A DNA stretch of 32,000 nucleotides from Candidatus Scalindua sp. (GCA_031316235.1 JALDRA010000001.1:2070001-2102000), one strand, 5' to 3'; shown: positions 1-9,374, counted from the first letter of the stretch. Notes: generated from the sequence alone by a model not told the origin. Program-made: numbers and translations.

Positions 1-138
1 GTCATAAAATTAAAAACATACCCTATATTTGAATATGTATGATGTCAAGAGATAACACAGAGATTCTCTTAAAGACATGCCGATATGAATCTTGTTCCAC
101 TTTTACACTACGGTTTTTTCTGGATTCCGTGATAGACT

Positions 139-168
139 AAAACCGAAAACCAAATCGGCTTTAGTATA
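139..168 (-). repeat. REP/BIME-like hairpin unit (type a), solitary copy
   Basis: aaaaccgaaaaccaaatcggctttagtata is the reverse complement (1 mismatch) of 28388-28417 and closely matches the complement of 9241-9270. It has an 8-bp stem AAAACCGA/TCGGTTTT and ends in AGTATA. Confidence 0.8.
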
Positions 169-170
169 TT

Positions 171-372
171 CCTGACCACGATGTAGAACACAGGGGTCAA
201 AAACAGGCAGAAGAACGTGAGCCTGAACATGCCGCAGAATACTGAGGTTCCCTTCGCATCAAATCAGCAGAAATGCATGGGCTGCGAGAATGAGCAGGAG
301 TAAAGCAGCGTGTTCAATAGCGGATGGATGAGATGAATTTGCTTTTTGGACATTTTGTGAAGATAGTAAAAT
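171..372 (-). pseudogene. RND (AcrB/HAE1-like) efflux pump C-terminal relic
   Basis: The minus-strand frame reads ...IHLIHPLLNTLLYSCSFSQPMHFC*FDAKGTSVFCGMFRLTFFCLFLTPVFYIVVR. The last ~30 aa resemble the final TM helix of RND pumps (..G.GMl..T.l.lFlvPVFYvvv.). There is an in-frame TGA and no upstream pump body, and the fragment is cut off directly at the repeat unit at 139-168. Confidence 0.45.
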
Positions 373-586
373 TATTAACCAAATTCAAGTACTTTCCGGG
401 ATTTGTTTAATAATCATTAAGTCATTAATGAAGCTGAGAATCCTCATCTCACTATCTCTTTTTGATACACTCTCGCCATTTTTTAGATGGAATGGGTGGT
501 GGTTGATATTCAGACACATCAATGGTTTCAATAGTATCCGGTTCTTCAAAAACCCGTTTTGTTGCAAACATCTGAGAATAATCATT

Positions 587-1432
587 TCATGCCATACATT
601 CTTTATCCAATCTATCGATATCCTCTTGTCTTAATCTCCACCCCAGAGCCCCGAGATTGTCTTCCAGGTGGCGGGTTTTTGATGATTTCGTTATGGCAAC
701 AACCCCTTTTTTCGAAATTAACCAGTTCAGGGAAATTTGCGCCTGAGTTTTTCTGTATTTTTCGGACAACTCATCAAGGAGTTTAAAGCCGGGTTTTGCA
801 AGCTTACCTTTGGCCAGGGGTCTCCACACAATTATGAGGATATCATTTTTCTGACAATAGGGAATTATCTGAGATTCCATGTCATTGGTAACATGACCGC
901 TATTTCTGACAAGCAGATTGTATTCAACCTGGTTAGCAACAATTCTGTTTTTCGTATATCCCTGTGCTTCTTTTATCTGTTCGACAGAAAAATTACTCAC
1001 CCCGATAAAACGAATGAGCTTTTGCCCGATTAAATAGTCCATAGCCTGCATGGTTTCCCGAATTGGAATCTCCGGGTTCGGCAAATGAATCAGATACAGA
1101 TCGAGGTAACTGGTCTTCAATCTTTCTAAACTCATTCTGGCGGATTCAATGACGTCATTGTGCTTCAGATGTTCAGGGGAAACTTTCGAGGTAATAAATA
1201 AACCGTTTCTATCAAAACCCTGAATCGCCTTTCCAACCAATTCTTCTGTATGGCCATTTGCATATGATTCTGCGGTATCAATGTGTGTTATTCCCAATTT
1301 GATTGCGGTTTTTATCGCGGAAATATTTTCACTGTCCTGCGTGATATCCGCTTCTTTTCCTCCACCAACAGTCCATGTCCCGAGACCTACAACCGGTATG
1401 TCTGCTTCATCTGTTATTTTTTTGAATTCCAT
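587..1432 (-). CDS. aldo/keto reductase family oxidoreductase
   Basis: 281-aa ORF with typical AKR motifs: GLGTW, IDTAESYANGHTEELVGKAI, LDLYLIHLP, IGVSNF. Confidence 0.9.
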   Translation of the reverse strand: MEFKKITDEADIPVVGLGTWTVGGGKEADITQDSENISAIKTAIKLGITHIDTAESYANGHTEELVGKAIQGFDRNGLFITSKVSPEHLKHNDVIESARMSLERLKTSYLDLYLIHLPNPEIPIRETMQAMDYLIGQKLIRFIGVSNFSVEQIKEAQGYTKNRIVANQVEYNLLVRNSGHVTNDMESQIIPYCQKNDILIIVWRPLAKGKLAKPGFKLLDELSEKYRKTQAQISLNWLISKKGVVAITKSSKTRHLEDNLGALGWRLRQEDIDRLDKECMA

Positions 1433-1482
1433 ATCAACCTCTGATTAAGAAATACCTCATACCGTTTGTGCTGGTATGCTTT

Positions 1483-1743
1483 TCAATTAGACTCTTCAAT
1501 CTCATAAATACAGTAACCCTGCTCTTTAATGGCCTTTTTAATATTATCTGACGCTGCTTCTGTGTGCCAAAAGATGCATTCTTTCGTTGTGAGCGGAAGC
1601 TCATCTTGTCCAGCTCTTTTTAAATACTCACGTCCGTATTGAATGACTTTCTCGTGGGACTGATCCACCGGGACGATAATTTCAAAATGCCTTGCCGCTT
1701 CATTCTTCATTACGATATACGTGTCAAAGACAGCTACTCTCAT
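1483..1743 (-). CDS. DUF2024-family small protein (paralog 1)
   Basis: 86-aa ORF that is a clear paralog of 9423-9695 (MxVxVxDTYxV.KN....HF.I.VP..Q.HEKVIQYG.EYLKR.GQ...PLTTKEC.F.H.E.AS). No signal peptide. Confidence 0.8.
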   Translation of the reverse strand: MRVAVFDTYIVMKNEAARHFEIIVPVDQSHEKVIQYGREYLKRAGQDELPLTTKECIFWHTEAASDNIKKAIKEQGYCIYEIEESN

Positions 1744-2056
1744 ATTTTTTCAAGAGGTAATAAGTTTGGGCACTACACAATTCAGGGCTAAACTGTGTAA
1801 TAGCTCCTTGGAAATATCAAAAGTATTGTTTACACTGAGCCTTCGCCCTCATCCCGGCCTCGTTTGCTTAACAATAAAATAATCTCAATACTTAATGGAT
1901 TCCATGACCATTTTTGTAGTGACAGGCTGGTGAAAATCCGCACTCAAGTATACTATCGTTTACATTAGTGTCAAGAAAAAGTACTATGCATTTACTTATT
2001 AAATTGAATGTGTAGAATGCAAACACAAATCACCAGGTAACAGTTCCCTGAAAAAA

Positions 2057-2114
2057 GTATACTGATATCATAATGGTTTCCGGTAAAACCGAAAACCAGA
2101 TCGGTTTCAGTATA
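2057..2114 (-). repeat. REP/BIME-like mosaic (type c tail + type a unit)
   Basis: gtatactgatatcataatggtttccgg + taaaaccgaaaaccagatcggtttcagtata. The second half matches 139-168 and the first half matches the complement of the 28501-28528 unit. It abuts the stop codon of the glycosylase gene. Confidence 0.75.
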
Positions 2115-2627
2115 TCATAGACTTTGGATAGTCCGCTTGATCTCCTGCAATTCTCGGACTCTAATAATGGCTTCTCCGCGCAAAGGAAAATGCATGACAA
2201 AGACTTTTGACGTGCCTATATTTTCTTGCCAACCAAAAGAGAAATCCTTTGATCCGGCGTACTTTTCATAGGTGACTTTGCCTATGAAGCAGACCACCTT
2301 CGGCATCTCGGCTTTTATAATACGGGAAATCTTTTTACGGCCGGGCAACTCCTCGTGCTTCTTAATCCCTGTTATATCTCGCGTCGGCCTATCAATAATG
2401 TTCACGAATCCAAGCTCATATACCGTATTAAATTTTTCTTTGTAGACACACTCCAGTGTCTTGTCGTCGCGCAATTCGTCTCTTTTCTCTTTAATGAGAC
2501 CGGCTTCCGAGAGGAGGTACCAGAAGAGCTTATTGTTGGAAAACGGCACACGACGATTGAACGATCCGGGATGAGGATTAATACCCACGAAAAGTAGTTT
2601 TGGCTGTTTGTATAAATATCTAATCAT
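2115..2627 (-). CDS. uracil-DNA glycosylase superfamily protein, Mug/TDG-like mismatch glycosylase
   Basis: 170-aa ORF. N-terminal LLFVGINPHPGSF...NNKLFWYLLSEAGL parallels E. coli Mug VGINPGLSS...NRFWKVIYQAGF. Its start overlaps the stop of the upstream DUF488 gene by 4 nt. Confidence 0.75.
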   Translation of the reverse strand: MIRYLYKQPKLLFVGINPHPGSFNRRVPFSNNKLFWYLLSEAGLIKEKRDELRDDKTLECVYKEKFNTVYELGFVNIIDRPTRDITGIKKHEELPGRKKISRIIKAEMPKVVCFIGKVTYEKYAGSKDFSFGWQENIGTSKVFVMHFPLRGEAIIRVRELQEIKRTIQSL

Positions 2628-3169
2628 ATCTTTGGTTCAGGATAAATGAGTTGTCCCTTCCTTACTTTCAAAAATGGTGTCAGGCGGTGCTTTGTGGCGG
2701 AGGTGCGACTCATGATGTCCTTTACTGCCCACCCTCTTTTCGTGAGCGCGTCGGCAATGAGCGAGCGGTGGCATCGCCACGGCACGGCTTCGGCGCACAT
2801 GATAGCTGTTTCTCTCAAACTAGCGATCTTTATAAGGGCTTCCAAGCCTTCAGAAAATTCAGGTGTTGCCATGTAATCGGCGAATCCTCTAAATGAGACG
2901 TTATGCCAACCGAGATTTAACGAATATTTCGTTGTGTGGCGCAGCCCTCCGAGTTTTTGTACATGCGTATACCGTATGTGTGCCTGTTGTAATGATTTTC
3001 TGAGCATCTCTGAATTGAACTGAGGGTTATGGCGCGACTTTGGTATTGACCTTACGTCAACAATCTCTTTAATACCATGCGCTTGTAACAGCTCCACAAA
3101 TTCATTGATAGGATGAGTAGAGTGGCCGATGGTAAAGATTACCGGTCTCTTCATAGTGCATTTTGACAT
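2624..3169 (-). CDS. DUF488-family protein
   Basis: MKRPVIFTIGHSTH...VDVR..P.SR.NPQF....L......I.Y.H...LGG.R is characteristic of DUF488. The track start at 3232 is TTG and lies inside repeat 3221-3281, so I prefer ATG at 3169, with ATG at 3154 as an alternative. Confidence 0.8.
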   Translation of the reverse strand: MSKCTMKRPVIFTIGHSTHPINEFVELLQAHGIKEIVDVRSIPKSRHNPQFNSEMLRKSLQQAHIRYTHVQKLGGLRHTTKYSLNLGWHNVSFRGFADYMATPEFSEGLEALIKIASLRETAIMCAEAVPWRCHRSLIADALTKRGWAVKDIMSRTSATKHRLTPFLKVRKGQLIYPEPKI

Positions 3170-3220
3170 CTTTATTTTCCAGAAAGTTACTTTAGTAATT
3201 CCTCTCCGAACGTCGGGCAG

Positions 3221-3281
3221 GCTGGAAACCAAATCCTGGTGAAGGTATTCCCGGACAAAAAGCGTCGAGGACTTTCCTCTC
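3221..3281 (+). repeat. REP/BIME-like mosaic (type b unit + module 3 hairpin)
   Basis: gctggaaaccaaatcctggtgaaggtat + tcccggacaaaaagcgtcgaggactttcctc matches 28418-28478 and 9271-9300. Confidence 0.8.
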
Positions 3282-3333
3282 CTTTTTTAAATTTATTTTA
3301 TGTTCATTATCTAACCGGTTCCCAATCGGCTTA

Positions 3334-4995
3334 TCATTTATAACGATCTTCGTATGTAGACTTTAATACTTTCGTTTCTTCTTCAGAAAGCCCCTTCATC
3401 CACAAGTGTTCTTCCTGTTCCAGTAATTTCTCAATTTTTTTTTCGTATTTTGCCTTCATCTCATCACTCTTTTGGGCAGCGACCTTAATTACGGCAGGTA
3501 AAAACTTCATATAATAGTGCTTTGCCACCTCATACATACCATGCCAGTGAGTATAATCAGGGCCCATCATACTTGCTCCATGTCGTGCTCTTCTGCCTTC
3601 ATGGTGCCACAATTCCCAGAAAATCCATTGTACTTCATGCTCAAACGGGGAATTTGGGTTTAAGACTTTATCCTCAGCCAGAGCGTCCATCATTGCCTGA
3701 GCCGGCTTCGCAAATTTTTCGTTGTAGAGGACCACAAGACTATCGAATTGCTGGTAAAAATTGTCTACATGGGTATGATTATGGCAATTTCTACATACGC
3801 CTTTCATTTTTTCACGCCGCTCCTGCCATGTCACGATTTTAACAACACGTTTTGAAATAATTTCCGTAACTAACTTTTCCCCCTGTAAGTTTTTTTCTGT
3901 CACCAGAACCTCTTCGCCAATCTCGGGTAATTTCCGGGTATCAGGATAATCTTCCTTAAATCCATCTTCATAAATTACTATATTTATCTTTGTACTGACT
4001 GCCGGCCGGAGTGTCCAGCTAATTCGTTCTCCAACATCGTGGTTACTGGCATTATGCTCTCCTTCAGATGTCATATAGCTGCTGATATGGCAGGTAGTGC
4101 ATGTCGGAGCTGCGGAGTAATCCTTTCCCAGCACCCAACTACCTTCTTTATCCAGTGCCATGTGGTCAATATTGGCGGTATACGCAATTCCATGCTTTGA
4201 TTCTCTGTAAATTTCCATTTGCGGATGATCAGGGCCCATATGACACTTTCCGCAATTCTCAGGAGCTCTGGAAAGTTTTGCCTCAAACGAATGCCTCGAA
4301 TGACATGCGTGGCACGAACCTTTTGAACCATCCGGATTTAACCGGCCTATTCCACTGTTTGGCCATGTATCAGGGTCAATTACCGGCCTTCCTCCTTCCC
4401 GCACTATTTCACCCGCATCATCACGCTTAAACCTTATTACACTTCCGTGACATTGCAAACAACCGTTCACGGTATCTGCATTATTGTCTGGAAGACCAAT
4501 AACCTTCTCAGCAAGCACATTATCAAGACTATCAAAGATTTCACCAGCTTTTGCATGGTGACTTCTTGAAAACTCTTTATACTCATTTTCATGACAATTT
4601 GAGCAGTCTTTGGGGGTGACTAATGTAGAAATCAAAGATCCCATATGCTGCCATGCGTCTATCTCACCCTCGTTAGCCTTGTGACAATCAGCACACCCTA
4701 CACCTTTTTGAGCATGACGTGAACGCTCCCATTCCATTACCAGAGCCGGCGCCAGGGTTTTATGACAATCGACACACATTTGATTCGCTACTGTTATGGT
4801 CGGGCTTGGCTTTCCATCAAGCAGGTATTGTTTCTCCTCTTCAACGGATTTCTTCTGTAAATATGAATAATTCCCTATCAAAGCCTGGTTCTCTCTGTGG
4901 AACTCATGAGCCTCCGTACACACGGTGCCAAAAAATAACAGGCCCGAAAATAAAAATAGATAAAAACTCTTCAGCATGTTTGTTGTGTTGCCCAT
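3334..4995 (-). CDS. octaheme hydroxylamine-oxidoreductase (HAO)-like c-type cytochrome, secreted
   Basis: Eight CxxCH motifs: CVDCH, CADCH, CSNCH, CLQCH, CHACH, CGKCH, CTTCH, CRNCH. HAO-family signatures are CHSRHSF, CHMGPDHPQ.EIY..SKHG and WHHEGRRARHGASMMGPDY. An AAGGAG site sits 10 nt upstream of ATG 4995, followed by the signal peptide MGNTTNMLKSFYLFLFSGLLFFGTVCTEA. Confidence 0.9.
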   Translation of the reverse strand: MGNTTNMLKSFYLFLFSGLLFFGTVCTEAHEFHRENQALIGNYSYLQKKSVEEEKQYLLDGKPSPTITVANQMCVDCHKTLAPALVMEWERSRHAQKGVGCADCHKANEGEIDAWQHMGSLISTLVTPKDCSNCHENEYKEFSRSHHAKAGEIFDSLDNVLAEKVIGLPDNNADTVNGCLQCHGSVIRFKRDDAGEIVREGGRPVIDPDTWPNSGIGRLNPDGSKGSCHACHSRHSFEAKLSRAPENCGKCHMGPDHPQMEIYRESKHGIAYTANIDHMALDKEGSWVLGKDYSAAPTCTTCHISSYMTSEGEHNASNHDVGERISWTLRPAVSTKINIVIYEDGFKEDYPDTRKLPEIGEEVLVTEKNLQGEKLVTEIISKRVVKIVTWQERREKMKGVCRNCHNHTHVDNFYQQFDSLVVLYNEKFAKPAQAMMDALAEDKVLNPNSPFEHEVQWIFWELWHHEGRRARHGASMMGPDYTHWHGMYEVAKHYYMKFLPAVIKVAAQKSDEMKAKYEKKIEKLLEQEEHLWMKGLSEEETKVLKSTYEDRYK

Positions 4996-5111
4996 ATTCT
5001 TACTTCTCCTTATCTCATTAAATTTCAATTGCTTACGATTTGCAACAGGAAACAAGTGCATACACAATTAAAAAAAAAGAGCGTGCGAAGAAAACTGAAA
5101 GACAAGAGACA

Positions 5112-6320
5112 CTAATATGTTATCCATTTTCTACTCTCTTTTCTTAAGAGAAAGATGTGTTTTTCCTGAATTGCTGTTTTAAGAAGGTTTCCCAGAAAAC
5201 CAACAAATGTGATTTTCTTCAAGAAGGGGAGTGCTAACCATCCAACGGCAAGATGCCTTCCCAGGCTGACGACCTCACCTAAGAGTTTTGGGCGATACGG
5301 TTTTTTTTCTCCCCGGACAATATCGGCGTAGATATTGTCTGCTACCAACCTTCCCTGCTGTAATGCAAACTGAGCAGCAGCGGGAACAGGTTCTTTTGAG
5401 TAGGGATTCATTGCAAGGGCATTATCTCCAATGGCATATATAAATGGATAACCTTCTACCCGAAGAAATCCATCGACAATAATACGTCCCAATTGTCCGA
5501 TTTTCATTCCACTTTGTCTTGCGAGTTCCTGCATGCGAATACCTCCCGTCCAGATCACCGTCTTCGTTCTCAATATCTTACCCGACGAAAGAGTGACTGT
5601 GTCTGGAGTTCTACTAACAATTTTTGTTCCCGTTACAATTTTTATACTCTTTTCAATGAGTTTTTTATGAATACGCGCCGCAAAGGATTCATCCATTTTT
5701 GACATTATATGACTGCCCGATTCAATGATGATAATTTCAACCTCTTGAGGATTAACATGGTAGTTACCGATACACTGAGCAGCATGGTCGGCAAGTTCTG
5801 AAGCAAATTCTATCCCTGATAAACCACCGCCACCGACGACAAACCGGAGCATATCCCTGCGTCGTTGCTCAATAGGTTCCGATGCCGCACGCGCGCAGAG
5901 TCGAGTAATGTAGTCATAAATGAGTTGCGCATCTCTTAATGTCTGAAGCGGGAAAGAGTTTTTCTGCAATCCAGGAATATTATAGAAATTTACCTGGCTT
6001 CCAAGCGCTATCGCCAAACAATAAAATTGTAGAGACTTGTTTCCCATGTGAACGCTCTGTTTGGCGGTATCAATCCTGGTTACTTCTCCAAGATGAAAGA
6101 TAATGTTTTTTTTCTGTATAATGCGGTCAATTGGAATGGACACTGCTGTCTTGCGGATCGCGGCCTCATGCAGTTGTGTCTTGAGCGTATGGTAAGGATT
6201 TCTATCTATAAGATGTATTTGATATTCAGGATGTTTACGGAACAACCTTGCTAATCGCAATGCAGCCGTAATCCCCCCATAGCCTGCCCCAATCACAACA
6301 ATATTTTTTTTTGTTTCCAT
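5112..6320 (-). CDS. ndh: type II NADH:quinone oxidoreductase (NDH-2)-like FAD-dependent pyridine nucleotide-disulfide oxidoreductase
   Basis: 402-aa ORF with two dinucleotide-binding motifs (IVVIGAGYGGITAA and FVVGGGGLSGIEFASEL), IYAIGDNA, and an amphipathic or hydrophobic C-terminal tail. Confidence 0.8.
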   Translation of the reverse strand: METKKNIVVIGAGYGGITAALRLARLFRKHPEYQIHLIDRNPYHTLKTQLHEAAIRKTAVSIPIDRIIQKKNIIFHLGEVTRIDTAKQSVHMGNKSLQFYCLAIALGSQVNFYNIPGLQKNSFPLQTLRDAQLIYDYITRLCARAASEPIEQRRRDMLRFVVGGGGLSGIEFASELADHAAQCIGNYHVNPQEVEIIIIESGSHIMSKMDESFAARIHKKLIEKSIKIVTGTKIVSRTPDTVTLSSGKILRTKTVIWTGGIRMQELARQSGMKIGQLGRIIVDGFLRVEGYPFIYAIGDNALAMNPYSKEPVPAAAQFALQQGRLVADNIYADIVRGEKKPYRPKLLGEVVSLGRHLAVGWLALPFLKKITFVGFLGNLLKTAIQEKHIFLLRKESRKWITY

Positions 6321-6346
6321 GATTGATACTTTCGAACCTACCTAAA

Positions 6347-6409
6347 ATGATTCTGGTGGATTCGGCCTATCGGCCTTCCCCGGACAAAAAACGCCGAGGA
6401 CTTTAATCC
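6347..6409 (+). repeat. REP/BIME-like mosaic (degenerate type b + module 3 hairpin)
   Basis: tccccggacaaaaaacgccgaggactttaatc matches 28445-28478. It is preceded by a degenerate atgattctggtgga.. unit. Confidence 0.7.
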
Positions 6410-6542
6410 ATCCATTGCGCAATATCGCAGATTAATGAAATCAAACCCTTGTCACAGTCAACATAGACTTGAATTTTTTTTATTTATGATTAAACACATC
6501 ATGTAATTTTTTATTTTATCGGTTCTTGTGAAAAATCACCTC

Positions 6543-7394
6543 TCAAGTAAATTTGGTATAGAGTCCTTCAATATCCAAGCCGTGCTTCCCGCATTTTTCA
6601 CTCATTGCAACAAGCTTTTCATTAAATGTGGGCTTCGTGATTTTATAAAACAGCCCTACGGAGAGTTTTTCTTCGCGAAGGGCAAGCGCCAATGCCTCAT
6701 TTCTATCAGTAATCTCGTGTTTCTCATCTATATCAACAACCTGCGCGTTAAGTGACTGAAACGTTACCACCCTGTTATAAGTTATACACGGACTCAGTAC
6801 ATGGATAAATGAAAACCCTTTATGCTCCATTGCCTCACGTATTAAATTAATTAAATCATTTAATTTCGATGGTCCGGAATATCCTCTCGCTACAAAAGTA
6901 CTCCCATATATCAATGACAAGACAATCGGGTTCATTGGTTCTTCCAGAGTACCGTATGGAGAGGAGCCACTCTCAAATTTACACGGACTTGTGGGAGAAA
7001 ACTGTCCCTTGGTCATCCCGAAAAGTGAGTTGTCCATGAGTATGTAGGTCATGTCAATATTTTTTCTTGCAGCATGTGGAAAATGTCCGGCACCGATACT
7101 TAACCCATCTCCATCCCCGCCAACAACAAAAACGTTTAGGGATGGATTTGCCACCTTTACACCAATTGCAATTGGAAGCGCACGACCATGCGCACCGTGA
7201 AAGCCGTATGCCTTTATGAAATCCGGCAGCCTGCCGGAGCATCCTATTCCCGATATGATAGCGACATTCTTTGCGTCAATCTCTTTTTGACTAAACGCAT
7301 TAAATAATGCTGTCAATACTCCATAATCACCGCACCCTGCACACCAGACCGGCTTGTTTCTTCCTATATAATTAAGTGGTGTATAACGCTTCAT
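6543..7394 (-). CDS. korB: 2-oxoacid (2-oxoglutarate):ferredoxin oxidoreductase beta subunit
   Basis: WCAGCGDYG, SGIGCSGR and the TPP motif VVGGDGDGLSIGAGH. It overlaps the alpha-subunit gene by 4 nt. Confidence 0.9.
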   Translation of the reverse strand: MKRYTPLNYIGRNKPVWCAGCGDYGVLTALFNAFSQKEIDAKNVAIISGIGCSGRLPDFIKAYGFHGAHGRALPIAIGVKVANPSLNVFVVGGDGDGLSIGAGHFPHAARKNIDMTYILMDNSLFGMTKGQFSPTSPCKFESGSSPYGTLEEPMNPIVLSLIYGSTFVARGYSGPSKLNDLINLIREAMEHKGFSFIHVLSPCITYNRVVTFQSLNAQVVDIDEKHEITDRNEALALALREEKLSVGLFYKITKPTFNEKLVAMSEKCGKHGLDIEGLYTKFT

Positions 7395-9118
7395 CTATTA
7401 CCTAACTCTCTGATTTTGCTGTAAATTTCATTTGCGGTAAATGGAATCCCACCGCAAATAGTTAGTGACGTAACCTGCGTAAGGTATTTTCCCCTGAGGA
7501 GCATGGCAAACTGGCCTGTATAATTTATCTCAGGGACAAGGATTGTCTTCTTGTTTTTGAGAAAGGTCCTTATCTCTTTGTCCGGTAAGGGATTTAATAC
7601 CTTAGGGTAAAAAACCTCTACACCATAGCCTTCCGCATCAAGCCTTTCAAAGGCCTCCCTCACCGCCCCTTCAGTTGATCCCCAACCAATTATACCTATA
7701 TGGGCATCCTGTTTCCCATATTTTTCAAACAGAGCAATCTCACCTGAAATATCCTGTAATTTGCAGAAACGCCTGGCAGTCATCCGGAGATGATTTTCAG
7801 GATCATAACATGGTGAGCCATATTCATCGTGCTCCAATCCCTGTGCCACATAGTATCCCTCATCCTCTCCGGGAATTGCCATGGGGGAAACACCGTCTGA
7901 GGTCAAACGGTATCTGCGATAATCCTTCATTTCATCGGCCGTTGGCCTCAGCCTTTTACCCTGCTTGATATCTGCCATAACAGGTCTTCTGATACTTTCT
8001 TTCCTGTGCCCTAATGATTGGTCTGATAAGACAATTACCGGCACTTGATATTTTTCGGACAAGTTGAATGCATTAATAATTTGGAAAAAACAGTCTTCAA
8101 CATCTGTAGGCGCTAAGACAATTCTTGGGGCATCTCCGTGTGTTCCGTACAGTGCAAGATTTAAATCAGACTGTTCTGTTTTGGTAGGCATTCCGGTACC
8201 TGGCCCTCCACGCTGTACATCCACAATAACCGAAGGTATTTCTGCCATACTTGCCATTCCAATAAGCTCAGCCATTAATGAAAGCCCTGGTCCCGATGTG
8301 GCGGTAAAGGCCTTTTGGCCGGCAAATGACGCCCCCAACACCATTCCTAACGCGCTTATTTCATCCTCGGCCTGGATAACAGTACCGCCAACCCCTGGAA
8401 GTTCCAGCGCTAACCACTCCATCAGATCAGTGGCAGGGGTGATTGGATAGGCTGCGTAAAATCTGCACCCACTTATCAGTGCGCCAAGTGCGAGAGCCTC
8501 ATTACCTGAAAGTACTAATTTTTCAGGTTTGCCAATGGGTGACAGGTGATAGGGAAGGGATTCCGTCTTATGGGTCTCTGCATAGTCAAACCCCAGGTTA
8601 AATGCCAGAAGATTCTTTTCCAGGAGATGGCTGCCTTTCTTGGATGTCTTTTCCTTTATGACGCTTTCCATGATAAAATAGTCGATATTTAATAAGTTGC
8701 ACAAAGCGCCAATGGCCACCATGTTTTTGCATCGGTAAACACCAACCTTTTTACTCACAATCTCTGTAATCGGAATTGGAAAACTTATCAGATCCTTATC
8801 AGATGGTGAATTCCATCGCGCTTCACTTATCCCGTCCCATAGTAATAAACCGCCTTCCTTTAATTCCTTCAAATTCCCATCGCATGCCTCATCATTCAGC
8901 GAAACGAGTATGTCGAGTGAATCACCCTGCGAACGAATACGGCCTGCACTGGTCCTCATTTGGAACAGGGATGGTCCGCCTCTTACTTCAGCAGGATATG
9001 TCCTGAAGGTGAATATGTTAAATCCTGAACGGCTCAATGCAAGTGTGACGATCTCACCTGCGAGAACGATGCCTTCTCCCGATTCTCCCGCTATCCTGAT
9101 AACACAATCTGTTGTCAT
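7391..9118 (-). CDS. korA: 2-oxoacid (2-oxoglutarate):ferredoxin oxidoreductase alpha subunit (fused gamma-alpha type)
   Basis: 575-aa ORF. The N-terminal gamma-like domain reads IRIAGESGEGIVLAGE...YPAEVRGGP, followed by an alpha domain (GNEALALGA...AAYPITPATD, FTATSGPGLSLM). Confidence 0.9.
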   Translation of the reverse strand: MTTDCVIRIAGESGEGIVLAGEIVTLALSRSGFNIFTFRTYPAEVRGGPSLFQMRTSAGRIRSQGDSLDILVSLNDEACDGNLKELKEGGLLLWDGISEARWNSPSDKDLISFPIPITEIVSKKVGVYRCKNMVAIGALCNLLNIDYFIMESVIKEKTSKKGSHLLEKNLLAFNLGFDYAETHKTESLPYHLSPIGKPEKLVLSGNEALALGALISGCRFYAAYPITPATDLMEWLALELPGVGGTVIQAEDEISALGMVLGASFAGQKAFTATSGPGLSLMAELIGMASMAEIPSVIVDVQRGGPGTGMPTKTEQSDLNLALYGTHGDAPRIVLAPTDVEDCFFQIINAFNLSEKYQVPVIVLSDQSLGHRKESIRRPVMADIKQGKRLRPTADEMKDYRRYRLTSDGVSPMAIPGEDEGYYVAQGLEHDEYGSPCYDPENHLRMTARRFCKLQDISGEIALFEKYGKQDAHIGIIGWGSTEGAVREAFERLDAEGYGVEVFYPKVLNPLPDKEIRTFLKNKKTILVPEINYTGQFAMLLRGKYLTQVTSLTICGGIPFTANEIYSKIRELGNR

Positions 9119-9240
9119 TCTATTTATTAAATGGTTGTTTTTCTGTTTGTCGCCGAGTCAGACTTTTTGTAGTTATGTCTTTGATCACTTCATTTTCACT
9201 GGCTCAATCTTCGTGCATTATTTTTAGAAATGAATGTGGA

Positions 9241-9374
9241 TATACCAAAACCGATCTGGTTTTCGGTTTTACCGGAAACCAGATCCTGGTGAAGGTATAC
9301 TTGCTCAATTTTATCTCGGATTTTATCCGAAAACCATTATGAGATGAGTATAGTAACTTTTCAAATAAGCTGGT
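9241..9374 (+). repeat. REP/BIME-like mosaic (type a inverted + type b + type c units)
   Basis: 9241-9270 tataccaaaaccgatctggttttcggtttt; 9271-9300 accggaaaccagatcctggtgaaggtatac; 9301-9352 ..ttatctcggattttatccgaaaaccattatgagatgagtata; then gtaacttttcaaat. It is near-identical to 28388-28540 minus module 3. Confidence 0.85.

Noticed and set aside
1-135. Possible sigma70-like promoter on the minus strand (TTGACA then ~15-16 nt then TATAGG, around 20-50) firing out of the window
   Set aside because: The spacing is suboptimal, no downstream gene is visible in the window, and promoter consensus in this lineage is uncertain.
385-634. Track ORFs 385..585 (-) and 428..634 (+), plus an unlisted 39-codon ORF at 452..571 (-) reading MFATKRVFEEPDTIETIDVSEYQPPPIPSKKWRECIKKR
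   Set aside because: I recognise no motifs, the ORFs overlap one another, and there is no clear RBS. The 39-aa peptide looks the most protein-like, but nothing in the sequence alone supports it.
4996-5067. Longer N-terminus (MCMHLFPVANRKQLKFNEIRRSKN) for the HAO-like cytochrome
   Set aside because: AAGGAG lies 10 nt upstream of ATG 4995, and the signal peptide starts there. The extension would bury the signal peptide.
7054-7242. 62-aa minus-strand ORF inside korB and the various plus-strand ORFs antisense to korA and korB
   Set aside because: They are fully nested in strongly supported genes and look like alternative-frame artefacts.
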